NCBI RefSeq assembly: GCF_963921235.1
Contig: NC_086108.1
Span: forward strand, 31,374,001-31,438,000
Reading direction: 5' to 3'
Length of the DNA stretch: 64,000 nt
DNA from: Mobula hypostoma
Lineage: Eukaryota
The translations under genes were made by a program, and so were the position numbers. Shown here in pieces: positions 24,645-37,529 of the stretch; position 1 is the stretch's first letter, and every line of letters begins with the position of its first letter. The notes beneath the pieces were generated by a model, which saw nothing but the letters and a program-made list of their open reading frames with translations, had not been told where the DNA came from and did not search any database.

Positions 24645-24772
24645 AGCAACACACACAAAAGTTGCTGGTGAACGCAGCAGGCCAGGCAGCATCTATAGGA
24701 AGAGGTACAGTCAACGTTTTGGGCCGAGACCCTTCGTCAGGACTAACTGAAAGAAGAGATAGCAGGAGATTT
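24645..24772 (-). mobile_element. Penelope-like terminal fragment with minimal hammerhead ribozyme motif (24708-24744)
   Basis: Minus strand AGTC-CTGACGA-AGGGTCTCGGCCC-AAAA-CGTT-GACTG; homologous to 30140-30240. Confidence 0.8.
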
Positions 24773-25329
24773 ATATCAAACATCATTTTTGCCATGTGAT
24801 GAAAAAAAGCGGAGGCTGATATTTTGTGAGATTGTTCCTGTGACCACCGTTTTGTGAACTGGTTTTCTGAATTAACTTATTTTTGGATTGTAGTAATCAA
24901 AAGTGGACATAATGAAAGCCCTGCTGATAATCTGTTAAATCAGAGAACGCTTGCAAATAAGAAGTTACTTGTGAGATGCTCATCGATAGTTAAAAAGAGC
25001 AATGCAGGTTTATAAGAAGAGTACTCTGAGTCCATGAACTGAAATAACCTCAACCAAGTTTCTGACTTCATCTAGATGTGTCTTGATTTATATAAAAAAC
25101 AAAGGAATGACACTAGGGGCATTTCTTTAACTGGGAGAAGAGAAAGAGGTAATGCCACTTGTACTCTTGAGCTAGAGCCCGTGAAAAGTAGCCTGATAAA
25201 TCAGAACCAATGGATTCGACGTTAGCAATGCAGCATAGATAAGGAAAAAGAATAATAATGAAGAGTTTCAGAGGCAGAGCAGAGGAACTCTGGAGATTAA
25301 CAATCACAAAGAAGACCCCCCCCCCGCCC

Positions 25330-26000
25330 CCATTTACCTAAGTTGAAGTGTATGGTTATATCCCATAGTGTTCACTGTCGAGTGAATCTGGAGTTCTATC
25401 ATATTGTGTTGACTGTCTCTGGTGGAACCTTTGACCACAAGAACTCTTACTAATTGCTCATTATTCATGGCCAAGTCTAAAAAAGATCTTTGCAGGCTCG
25501 GTTATATAAGATGCTGTCCCTGAGACATTCCACAAATTCTTCCTCAATAATACCCTTGTCTCTTTGGGTAGTCCAATAAATAAGTAGATTAAAATCTCCC
25601 ACGATAATTGCTGTTCCCTTTATACCTGCCATATATATTTCTCCATTTCCGCTCTGCCCCATCACAAGGTCTGATTATAGGAGACTAAAGACTATTATCA
25701 AATGTGTCTTCTTTCCCTTGCTGTTAATGATTTCAACTCAGATCAATTCTACGTTACTATCTATTGTTTCTGTATCACAGCAGAACATTGCTCTGATACC
25801 TTCCTTGATTCACTAGGCTGTGCTGACTCTTCTCCTTTTTGGCCAGTTATTTTGGAACATTGTACAACTTGGAATACTGAGCACCCAGTCCTGGCCATAC
25901 CCCAGCCACGTCCCTGTAAAAGCTGCTACAACGTTCTTGTATGTTGCTATCTGTGCTGTCAATCCATCCAGATTATTGCAAGTGCTCAGTGCACTCAAGT
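25330..26000 (-). mobile_element. Degenerate CR1 endonuclease-region fragment
   Basis: AIIVGDFNL (25477-25665) and LYLSALSTCNNLDGL...FTGTWL (25813-26085). Confidence 0.65.
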
Positions 26001-26279
26001 AGAGACGGATAAGCTTTGATATTTTCCAGGTTTTATTAACTCTGGATTTGCTCTGCACCGCACACTGTGACCTGCTTTGCCTCAATCATATTTTGCTTGT
26101 CAATTTCCCACCTTCTCCATCCTGTATCACTGCCCTCTCATTTCCTCTTGACTTATCAGACATCCCATTCTTAAACTTCCATGGTTGAATGAAATATGTC
26201 AATAAGACAGCCAAAGTGAATGGCATTGAATACATGATATCAATGAAATAATAATATTGAGTATTTGTCCCACTTTCGT

Positions 26280-26580
26280 TGTATAGAAGATGAAGCAGTA
26301 CAGCACAGAAACATTTCCTTCAGCCCATAATAGCAGTGCCAACCATGATGCCAATTTAAATAGTGTGTACTGTATGCCTGCACATGGCCTCCATCCTTCC
26401 ATTCTCTGCCTATTCATGTGCTTGTCTAAAGACATCTTCAATTTTACTATTGTATCTGTTTCCACCACTTCTCCGTCAGTGATTTCTAAGTGCTTAGCTC
26501 TCTCTTTATATGTAAATAATATTGTCTCATAAATCTCCTTTAAAACTTTCCCCCTCTCACATTAGAGCTATGCCCTCGGG
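26280..26580 (-). mobile_element. CR1 3' fragment
   Basis: VETDTIVKLKMSLDKHMN and CR1 3'UTR pattern (TGGGCTGAAGG...TGTGCTGTACTG on the minus strand). Confidence 0.65.
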
Positions 26581-27732
26581 TATTTGAGAGACAGCTGGTG
26601 GCCATTTACACACTGGAGTGAGAGGTTAGCTGTGGAGTTGACATTACCGGGCTGGAGATTTTTCGCTGACCGTGGTTGGCTGTGGAACAGAAAGAAGGGA
26701 AATCTAGGGGAAGTTCTTTCAAGTGTGGCAGGCCATCTGAAAGGAAAAAAGAAGTGCAAAATGATGTGGAAATGTCAATGCAGTCATTTCACCAGAAGGA
26801 AGGGTGCTAGGAAAGCCTGCGAACATTGGATGTGTGGTGATCAAATCAAGGACTGACATAAGAGGAGGGCTTATTTCTGGTGGAGGATCTGCTTGGAAAT
26901 AAATAATGTGGTAGAAAGCAGATGGAAATTGAGAAACTAATGCAGAGTTACTTAAGGGGATGTGATTTTTTTTTGAAAAAACAGGTGTAAGGATTTGATT
27001 GCACCTGTTGCAGACAATTTGGGTCTTCCTCTTCATTTTAAGGTTTTCAAAATTCGGCAGTACTAATCGCACTGCTTAAAGTTCACCTGCACTTTGAACA
27101 GGGGTGATGCAAGTGGTCTTTGCAGAGATGACTGAGACGTCATTGCTTGAGTTGGGGATTTTTTTAAATCTTTCTATAGATAACTAAGTGGGAAAAAATA
27201 CTTCACCCGTTGGCAGATTTGCCTTTTACAGTAATGTTTGCCTTTGATTGGGTCTGCATTTTGTTTCAATGTTGGATCTGACCACAGCAGAAAACATACC
27301 TGCACATTATATTCAGGCATGCCTGCACACCGTCATCGAAGAGGGAAGATGACATACAATGTCAGTCTGAGTCATCTATTTTGGAAAGGGAAATTTACTG
27401 GAACTCAGTGATATGAAACCACCAAGCAGCAGTACATAATGCATCTGAAAATGCAAACAAAAAGTAGGTCAAACTAAGATAAGTGCTTTAAACAAAAGAT
27501 AAAAACATTTAGCAAAATAAAGCCATGTTGTTTACAACGCATATGTTCATAAATTTCTGAGGTAATTCGACGGTCAACAGTGTTTGCATAACTTTCTAGC
27601 CATATTTCACAGGAGTCCACATTCAGTGGACTGGTTTAATTTTCCTTTCAACTCATTCTTATCTGTAATGATGTGAACATCTGGACTGAAATGAATCCCT
27701 GCACTTTCTAAATATAACAAGAGAGGTATTTA

Positions 27733-28215
27733 CGAGGGGTGATTGATAAGCTCATGGCCTAAGGTAGAAGGAGTCAATTTTAGAAAACATAGCACATTTA
27801 TTTTTCAACATAGTCCCTTCCTACATTTACACACTTAGTCCAACAGTCGTGGAGCATACGGATCCCTTCTTTGTAGAGGTGGTCCACAGACCACAGCAGG
27901 GGTGATTGATAAGTTCATGGCCTAAGGTAGAAGGAGATGAGTTATTAACTTCAAACTTTCTGCATAATCACTCAAAGAGTTGACCTGCATATGCATGTAA
28001 CGAGAGCTGTATAACTCATCTCCTTCTACCTTAGGCAACGAGCTTATCAATCACCCACCTGTGGACACTTTCTGGAGGTCCAAGATCCGTATGCTCCACA
28101 ACCGCTGAACTAAGTGTGTAAATGTAGGAAGGGACTATGTTGAAAAATAAATGTGCTAGGTTTTCTAAAATAGACTCTCTCTACCTTAGGCCACGAACTT
28201 ATCAATTACCCCTTG
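27733..28215. mobile_element. Palindromic mariner-derived MITE with TA target duplication
   Basis: TA|CGAGGGGTGATTGATAAG ... CTTATCAATTACCCCTTG|TA; both arms are the transposase 3' end; two further internal TIR copies. Confidence 0.9.
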
Positions 28216-28989
28216 TAAAACAATGGAAGTACACTATATTCTATAAAACCAGAAATCTATATCATTCAATTCAGACTGTTTCTCTCCTGTAATAATGAAC
28301 TGAAGTCTCACAAAATCCTGACACTATTAACTAAATACCAGGTCTGCCAATTCATTCTGATCGAAGAATGCTGTGGCATTGAAAATAAGCTGAACACAAA
28401 ATAGAGCAAAATTGTCTCCAAGTCCTAACTTTCTGACAAACTTCTATTTGAGCTAGAGACATGATTCCAGTGTAAAACATACCCCAGTATTATCAGTAAT
28501 ATATGCTTATTTTCACATCCAGCATGATTTACAATGTCATTGGTCCAGAAAACAAGTCATTGCTCCTCCTTAGAAACCACTGAAAGAGGTCAATTGCATA
28601 TTGTTTTCAGGTTGCTATGTCACACCTTGTGGCATCACTGCCCATACTTAGGTCTGAAAATTACTTTCACACTCAATAGATCTTGCATCTTTTGTTTGTT
28701 TTTCCGGACAATATAGAAGGATGTTATCAGGCCCATTGAGTCCATTTTGGGTCCTATAATTACAATCCCCTGTTTATTTCCCTTGGTTGCCTCTCATACG
28801 CCTATTGATCAACACCACACCCACACCAACTCACTCCAAACTCTCCTGCCACCCGCCAACACTGAGGATTGATCACAGCCAGCTGGTCTACTGATATGTC
28901 TTTGGGATGTGCATTCCTGAAGAAAATTCATGTGCACACCGTGGTCAGGATAGAGACTAGGTCACTGGAGCAACAGCTCTGCTCCGACG

Positions 28990-30240
28990 CCTCGCTCCCA
29001 TTTCTCGATCTCAATGTCTCTAATCTCTGGTGACAGCTTGTCCACTGATTCTATTATAAACCCACAGACTCTCACAGCTACCTGGACTATACCTTTTTCC
29101 CACCCTGTTACTCGTAAAAACACCATCTCCTTCTCTCAATTCTGCAGCCCTCACTGCATCTGCTCTTAGGCTTTGCATTCTAGAATGAAAAAGATGATGT
29201 CTTTTTTCAAAGAAAGGGCCTCCACCATCAATGCTGCCCTCAACCGCATCGCTTCCATTTTGTGGACGTTTGTTCTTAACTCATCCTGCTGCCACCCTTG
29301 CAGTGACAGGGTTCCTCTTGTCCTCACTTACCACCCCACCAGCCTCCGTGTCCAGCACATAATTCTCCAAAACTTCTGCCATCTCCATCACCAAACACAT
29401 CTCTCCCTTCCCCCTACTTTCTGCTTTCCACAGAGATGGCTCCCTACGTGACTCCTTTGTCCATTCGTCCCTCCCCATCGACCTCCCTCCTGGCACTTAT
29501 CCTTGCAAGCAGAGCAAGTGCTACACCTCCTCCCTCACTAACATTCAGGGCCCTAGACAGTCCTTCCAGGTGAGGCAACACTTCACCCGTAAGTCTGTTG
29601 AGGTCATATACAGTGTCCGGTGCTCCCAGTGTGGCCTCCTGTATATCGGTGAGATCCGACATAAATTGGGAGACTGCTTCGCCAAGTACCTACACTCCAT
29701 CTGCCAGAAAAAGCGGGATCGCTCAGTGGCCACCCATTTTAATTCCACTTCCCCTTCCCATTCCAATATGTCTATCTATGGCCTCCTCCACTGTTGTGAT
29801 GAGGCCACACTTTGGTTGGAGGAACAACACCTTATATTCCATTTGGGTAGCTTCCAACCTGATGGCATGAACATCGATTTCTCAAAGTTCTGGTAATGCC
29901 CACAACCCACCCTATCCTTCACCATTTCTCATCCCTTTTCCCTCTCTCACCCTATCTCCTTGCCCACCCATTGCCTCCCTCTGGTGCTCCTCCCCCTTTT
30001 CTTTCTTCTATGGCCTTCTGTCTCTTTCATCAATCAACTTCCCAGCTGTTTACTTCATCCCTCCGCCTTCATGTTTCACCTATCATTTTGTGTTTCTCTC
30101 TCCCCTCCACCCACCTTTTAAACCTACTCTTCAGCTTTTTTCTCCAGTCCTGCCAAAGGGTTTTGGCCCAAAACGGTGACTGTACTCTTCTCCATAGATG
30201 CTGCCTGGCCTGCTGAGTTCCTCTGGCATTTTGTGTGTGT
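28990..30240 (+). mobile_element. Penelope-like element, 3' part (RT C-terminus, GIY-YIG endonuclease, terminal repeat)
   Basis: LPFLDL...YYKPTDSHSYLDY; VPLVLTYHP; ORF 29570-29896 (VIYSVRCSQCGLLYIGE...VATHFN...LEEQHLIFHLG..QPDGMN); hammerhead-like remnant at 30145-30182. Confidence 0.9.
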
Positions 30241-30438
30241 ATCTCTGTTACTGTGCCACTGTGCTGTTCTTGTATTCAAAACTGACTACCAACAGTGTTC
30301 CCCCAGACCCACTAATCCACCATTGGAAATGGAAGGTGAACCTTGGAGATAACACAGGCTCCTGATGGGAACGTATGGCGGAAGGCATTGAAGGCCACAT
30401 CAGCAAAGACAAAGACTGTACCCACTGAGACCTTAAAG

Positions 30439-30506
30439 CAGGAGTTCCCAACCTGAGGTCCATAATGGTATTGGTCCAAGGCATGAAAAAAGGTTGGGGC
30501 CACCTG
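30439..30506. mobile_element. Tiny hAT-type MITE (68 bp)
   Basis: CAGGAGTTCCCAACC...GGTTGGGGCCACCTG; flanks CCTTAAAG/TTTTAAAG (6/8 match, consistent with an 8-bp TSD); related copy at 48473-48553. Confidence 0.75.
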
Positions 30507-33109
30507 TTTTAAAGGAGGCTAAGTTTTATCTGGAGAACGCCTACACAGTCTTCAACATTCAACAAGGTCTTATTGAGATTATGACTACATATACAGGCTC
30601 ACATATGCACCTGCACTACTCTTTCAGACAGCCAAGGTCATGGTCATCTTCAGCCATTACAAGGTTCTTCCTAAGGAGGAAACATTTCAGCTACATCTAT
30701 TCTATTAACTCCCTGAGGATCTTGACAGACAATGAGAAATGGGGATATTTCTGGTCAAAGAAAAATCAGATAATTGCCATAATATTCTGTTGATCACATT
30801 ATGCAGAATAATCAGATGTTTCATCTGATGCTTCTGTGATATCAAGTTGGAAAGAGAATATAAACCCTTCATAAAACATTTCTATTTAATCTCAATTTCT
30901 CTGGCAGCTTCTCTAAATGAAGCAATCACCAAGAACCCATTGTTGCATTGCTGATCCCATTAATAAGGTAGATACTGGCAGATGTTTAGGTATTAAGGGA
31001 ATCAAGAGATATCGAGTCAAGGTAAAAGATTAACCTTGATTTTACTGAATGATAGATAATAAACTGTTCACTGCTGTCATTCTACATCAAATACTAATTT
31101 ACTGACATACTAGAGTGTTTAGGACAACAGCTATACCACTGATAGAATTCCCTGGGGCGATGGAAGAGAAGCCAGACAGAGTGTTGTAACAAGGATATGT
31201 CAGTCAGGTTGGTGTGGTGAATGAAAATATGCTGGGCTGGGTTTGGAAAAGGGTGAGGTGAGTGCTGTCCTCAGAATTGCCCCAAGGCCTTTAGCAGGCT
31301 CAGTCTGAGCTGGTTACCCTGAGGGAGGACTATGTTACTATGTGAAGGTGATGTAGAGTCTGAAAATCCCGTGAATGATGTTACCTCTGGCTGGGTACAC
31401 TGATGTAGCCTCACGAACTAGAGTCAAGCAATAGCCAGAGGGGTTGAGAGTGGCCAAAGGCACACAGTAAGGGAAGCCCAGAGATGATGGCTTTCAAGGG
31501 TTAAAAATTTCAGCAGGGAAAAGGGAGCCCCAGAGACTCCAGAGAGAGACGGAACAAGAGTTGGGATGTGAAACAGAATGGGACAAAATGGGAAAGATTA
31601 AGAAAAATTTAAAAAGTTTTGGAGATGATGTAGAACACAATTACTGAAGGAATTAATGAGATATTGTTGGACGTTAAGATTCAGGAGTTACACTTGTTGC
31701 TGAGAACTGTATACAATATGCTCTTCTTCTGGTCTAGTCAAGTATAGTAACACTCATTTCAAGATGAGAGGTTAATGAAATGTGTTGTAGAAAGCTTCTA
31801 TTGTTTATTTACTGTCAGCAGCACACACTGCTGAAATGTTTATTTTTATTTATATTAGCTCCGTGACTAAAATAATTTATTAAAATAGTAACAACATTTT
31901 TCATTGATGACTGTTTTCTCAGTAACTGGCATGCAACTTCATGCTGTACAGTATGTAAATAGCAAATTGAAGAAAGTATTTGAATGTATGTGGATATTAT
32001 TAGATTAGAAATAGTTTAGGGAAAATCAAGCATATACTAGCATGCAATATGCACACATAATGTGTATATGTAATAGCATAATTATGGTATAAACCTAGTT
32101 AAGTGGATGGATTCAATAACCACTTTGTGCACCAGTTTTGACTCAGTGTTGGCTGTCTTATCACTCTGTTAATAGATTAGTATCTGCTCCTGAAGCTCAA
32201 AGGAAGTATCTTAACCCAGCTGGAATGAGGTTCTCTGGCTATTCTCTTATCTTTGCTGGAAGCTATTTTATAAATCAGGCAACCCCAGCTAGCCTGGGAG
32301 AGTTTGTAAACTGTGTAGATTATAACTCCATTCATGTGCTACTGACGTGAAAGTACGGACTGAATGTGATAGACTCCATCACAGCGGGCCTGATGTTTTG
32401 GCCTAGCCTTCCTCATTCACCACTTGCATTCATGATGTGCAACCTGCTGGTCCTTGGAGTAGGAACATATCATATGGCAGAAGGCAGTGAAGTAAATACT
32501 CCAAACATTTGGCTGGTGTTTCCATGGATGAAGGCATTATAAATCCTCACAACATTTTGGTTCTCATGCCTGAGAAGGGCTTCTCCTATCTCCCACAAGG
32601 ATGCATATTGGGATCAGCTAACAAAATTAACAAATTTCACGACACATGCCGGTGCTAATAAGCCTGATTCTGATTCTTATTCTTCTGCGCTGCCTGCCAA
32701 TGCACCGCAACTCTTTTTTTTGCAAATCCAGCTCCTGCATGTCACTATCATTCTCACAGAAAGATAGAGCACGGAAACAGGCTCTTCACCCCCCCAGTGC
32801 AAAGCTGGCCATCAAGCAGCCATGTTTTTACACTAAACCCCGTTTATTCTTCCCACACTCCCATCAACTCTTCCCAAGATTCTATGACTCACCTACAATT
32901 AACTTACATTGCCCAGTGAAGTGACCTAGCTGCACGTTTTTTGGGATGAGGAAGGAAAGCAGAGGTGAAGCCCCAGCTGTGTGTGTTTAGTTAATCCCAT
33001 TAGCAACTCCGCTGGTGAACAAAGAACACAGGTCCCATCAGAAGTCAGCAGCAGCCATCTGGAGAACTTGCTTGCGAACTGCGTACCGTATGAGCCAGAG
33101 GCATGATAT

Positions 33110-33400
33110 AGCTGTATAAAACTGGTGATTAGACCACACGGCTAAGTGCATGCATGTAGTTCTGGGTTCTCCGTTACAGGGAGGATGTGGGGGGCTTTGG
33201 AGAGGCCTCTGAAGAGGTTTACCAGGATGCTGCCTGGATTAGAGGGTAGAAGCTGTAGGGAGAGATTGGACGAACTTGGATTTTCTCTAGAGTGCCAGAG
33301 GCTGAAGGGACACCTGAAAATAATTATAAAGTAATGAAAGGTATAGATAAGGTAAATAGCCAGAATCTATTTTTCTGAAGGTAAAAAATTCTAATACTAG
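33110..33400 (+). mobile_element. CR1 3' fragment
   Basis: ORF 33146-33334 (ALER..KRFTRMLPGLEG.S.RERLDELG). Confidence 0.7.
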
Positions 33401-33739
33401 ATAGTAAACTGTGTAAACTGCTTAAACCTCTAAATTTGTCATTGGTACTTAACTGCACACAAACAATGAAAAAATGATATATGGAGGAAATTCCCTAGAA
33501 AAACTTTTGAAATTAACGATTCTGTATCTTATAAATGATATTCACCTTATTCATAATGCATATTAAAACTCTTACTGACATACAGACCACACACAGTTTT
33601 AAAATGTAAATCATATCCCAATCCACCCGTTTTAATGCAATTGAATTTCAGTTCATTCCCGTTATGGCTCTTCTCACCCTCTTCATTTGCTCCTGATCAA
33701 TTTTCTATGCTGTTACATATTTTTTAGTTTTTTAGACAT

Positions 33740-33958
33740 GTAGTACAGTAACAGGCCCTTTCAGCCTACAAGCCTGTGCCGCCCTATTGCACCCATGCAA
33801 CCAATTCACCTAGTATCCTATTCGTCTTTGGAAACCAGAGCACCTATAGGAAACCCATACAGTCACACAACTCCTTACGGACAGACAGCAGGAATTAAAC
33901 CCAGGTCATTGGCACATTATCAGCGTTATGCTAACTGCCACACTATCATGCCACCCCA
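33740..33958 (-). mobile_element. tRNA-derived SINE with CR1-like tail
   Basis: ACAGGCCCTTTCAGCC tail, CTCCTTACGGACAG core, GGAATTAAACCCAGG B-box complement. Confidence 0.6.
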
Positions 33959-35308
33959 AATCATCTCCATCACTTTGAAGCCCCCTGTGGGCCATTATTA
34001 CCATCTGAACCCACTCAATTAGCAAGCTATTTGGCCAGGGGAACTACAAACAAAAACCCCTTCCTAGAAGAATTGTGGTATTCTGACCACGAGGAATATA
34101 ATCTCCGTCCATTTCTATTGAGGATACTGAACCCCAATGTATCAATCCTAGCTCCATCTGAGAGGAGGTAATTCATCATAAGGACCAAAGGGTTGGCTTT
34201 GACTTACAGCTAATGATTAGTGGACTTGCCACCCACCACCACCATAGACCCCAGTCTCAGCAAACTATGGAATGCACCCAGGCACCTTTCCGGACTACCA
34301 TCTCAGAATCAAACCAAGGCAGTTAGCAGCAAAGGCAATGTCTTATTGTACACAACCCAGTACACATTGCTTTCTGAGAAATACTAGGAAGAGACTAATC
34401 ATTGTGAATATTCACAAACTAAAGTCTCCCTGAAAAATAAGTTACATAGCTTTGATATTATGTTTTACATTAGTTTAAAGCATGCATTGAAATAGGGGCA
34501 AACTGTTTTACTTGGAAGAGTTCACATCAAATGTTTGAGTAAATTATAGAATGATGCTTTAGAAAATGCATCAACCTTTCTTCCTAGATTAGAGTGCCCT
34601 CTATTGGTATAATATTGTACTGCAGCATCAGAATTTCACAGTGGAAGCATCTGTCAGAGACCGCTGCCATTGTCTGTCTAGGGTACAGAGACATCATGGC
34701 TAACTTATCGAGCAGATTCAAGTTGGCTCAGAGACACTGTGCTCAGTAAAAATTTGATGTACTAAGGGAAGGGGTAATCAGTACAAGTTAACAAAGAGGG
34801 AAGGTCAGATAGGAGTAAATTATGGAAACTGCCTATCAAAGTTTCACCATTAATGTCCTTTCTCTCCTGCATGACTGCCCAGCTCTGCAATCCTTCCATC
34901 AGCAGTCCTCCAATTGCAGAAGTCCGAAGGAATTACCTCTCATTTTAAGATGAATGGAGCAATGTCAATGGCACTTCCAGTATTGTTTCACACAAGTTAA
35001 ACTTTATGCTCCTTATTTCTGTGTCTGGTGATGACATTTGGTAGGGTGCCAGGGATTGATTGTTACAAGACTGGATTGGACAGTGAATCAGTGGCTCATT
35101 GAAATCAGAGGCAATTTCAAACACAGAAGGTGGTCATTTAGCTATTGCATCTATGCTCCTTAATCTAACCCTGCCCTCCAGCACCAATCTTTTGCCCTGC
35201 AGTTTAGAGCTCTTCAAATGCTCTTCAATGTGAGAGGTGTTTGATTCTCCCAGAATGCAGAGTCTGAGCACTGGTAGGAATATCAAGCTTAGAAGTGAAT
35301 TCGTTCTC

Positions 35309-35590
35309 ATTTTTTTCCAAAAATATGCTTTAATCAATAAAAACTAAGGGAAATACAATACAATCAGTTCGTGTCTTTCTTTACATTTATTGTGCCATTA
35401 AGCTATCATATGTTCTTTGCAAAGTAGCAAATCTATTTATATTTCCTCTTAAAATCCGTGAGATATTTGAGATTTTGTTACACAGAGCTCTGCCCTTCAG
35501 CTTCCAGTGGTGGCAGGACCATCGACTGTGGTCCGTCCCCATCGGGCCTTTGCAGTGGCTGCATTGAGCTTCAGTGCGTCCTTCAGTTTG
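35309..35590 (-). mobile_element. Tx1-type LINE extreme 3' end
   Basis: Minus strand ..KLKDALKLNAATAKARWGRTTV, a Tx1-like C-terminal motif as recalled, followed by a 3'UTR ending ATTAAAGCATATTTTTGGAAAAAAA. Confidence 0.55.
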
Positions 35591-35708
35591 TCAGAATCAG
35601 AATTAGAATCACGTTTATTATCTCCAGCATATGTCATGAAATTTGTTGTTATGTGGAAGCAGCACATTGCAATGCATAATAATAATAAAATGTAAATTAC
35701 GGTAAATA

Positions 35709-36332
35709 TGAGGGGTGATTGATAAGTTTGTGGCCTAAGGTAGAAGGAGTCAATTTTAGAAAACCTAGCACATTTATTTTTCAACATAGTCCCCTCCTAT
35801 ATGTACACACTTAGTCCAGCGGTCGTGGAGCATACGGATCCCTTCTTTGTAGAAGTGGTCCACAGCAGGGGTGATTGATAAGTTCATGGCCTAAGGTAGA
35901 AGAAGATGAGTTATTAACTTCAAACTTTCTGCATTATCACTCAAAGAGTTGAACTGCACGTACATGTCACGAGAGTGTCTTGGACCTCCAGGTGGTGCAC
36001 AGCAGGGGTGACTGATCAGTTCATGGCCTAAGGTAGAAGGAGATGAGTTATACAGCTCTCGTTACATGCATATGCAGGTCAACTCTTTGAGTGATAATGC
36101 AGAAAGTTTGAAGTTAATGACTCATCTCCTTCTACCTTAGGCCATGAACTTATCAATCACCCCTGCTGTGGACCACTTTCTGGAGGTCCAAGACGCCGAC
36201 TTCTACAAAGAAGGGATCCGTATGCTCCACGACTGCTGGACTAAGTGTGTAAATGTAGGAAAAATAAATGTGCTAGGTTTTCTAAAATTGACTCCTTCTA
36301 CCTTAGGCCACGAACTTATCAATCACCCCTCG
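35709..36332. mobile_element. Palindromic mariner-derived MITE with five TIR copies and TA TSD
   Basis: TA|TGAGGGGTGATTGATAAG ... CTTATCAATCACCCCTCG|TA; ORF 36144-36353 contains DHFLEVQDADFYKEGIRMLHDCWTKCV. Confidence 0.92.
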
Positions 36333-37529
36333 TATACATATTTAAAAAGTTAAATTAAATAGACAGTACTAAAAGAGAGAACATTAGTGAGGTAGTATCT
36401 ATAGGTTCAATGTCCAATCACAAATCAGATGGCAGAGGGGAAGAAGCTATTTCTGAATCATTGAGTGTGTGTTTTCAGGCTCCTGTACCTCCTCCCTGAT
36501 GGTAGCAGTGAGAAGAGGGCATGTCCTGGATGATGGGTGGTGCCTTTTTGTGGCATCACTCCTTCAAGATGTCCTGGATGCTGGGTAGGCTAGTGCTAAC
36601 TGTGTTCACAAATCTCTCCAGCTTATTTCAATCCTGTGCCGTGACAGCGTTGCAGCCAGTTAGAATGTTCTCCACAGTACATCTGTAGAAATTTACAAGT
36701 GTCTTTGGTGACAGATCAAACCTCCTCAAGCTCCAAATGAAATATTGCTGCTGTCATGCCTTCTTTGTAAGTGCATTGAAATGCTGGGCCCAGAATAGAT
36801 CCTCTGAGATGCTGACACCCAGGAAGCTGAAAATGCTCACCCTTTCCACTGCTGATCCCTCGATGAAGACTGGTGTGTGTGCTCTCAGCTTACCCTTTCC
36901 GAAGTCTACAAACAATTCTTTGGACTTACTGATATTGAGTGCAAGGTTATTGCTGCGACACCATTCAACTAGCTGATATATCTCACTCCTGTACGTCTTC
37001 TCATCAACAATTCTGCCAACAATAGTTGTGTTGTCAACAAATTCCTAGGTGGCATTGAGCTGTGCCTAGCCACACAGTCTTGATTGCAGAAAGTGTAGAG
37101 CAGTGGGCTCAGTACACACCTTTGAGGTGTGGCAGTGATGATCAGCGAGGTGGAGATGTTATTTCCAAACCATACAGACTGTGGTCTTCCGGTGAGGAAG
37201 CTGAGAATCCAGTTGCTGATGGAGGTACAGAGGCCCAAGCTTTGGAGCTTTTTGATCAGAACCGTAGGAATGGTTGTGTTAAACGTGGAGCTGTAGTCAG
37301 TGGACAGCAGCTTGATGTAAGTATTAGTATTGTCTGCTGATCCAAGGCCGCGTGAAGAGCCAATGAGATTGCATCCGCTGTAGACCTCTTGGAGTGATAG
37401 GCAAATAGGTCCGGGTCCTTCCTTAGGCAGGAGTTGATTCTAGCCATGACCACCCTCACAAAGCACTTCATCACTTTAGGTATGAGTGCTAGCAGATGAT
37501 ATTCATTAAGGCAGCTCACCCTTCTTTTA

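Noticed and set aside
28339..28389. Minus-strand 51-nt exon (LIFNATAFFDQNELADL)
   Set aside because: Acceptor is plausible but the donor (GTATTT) is weak and the peptide is unrecognised.
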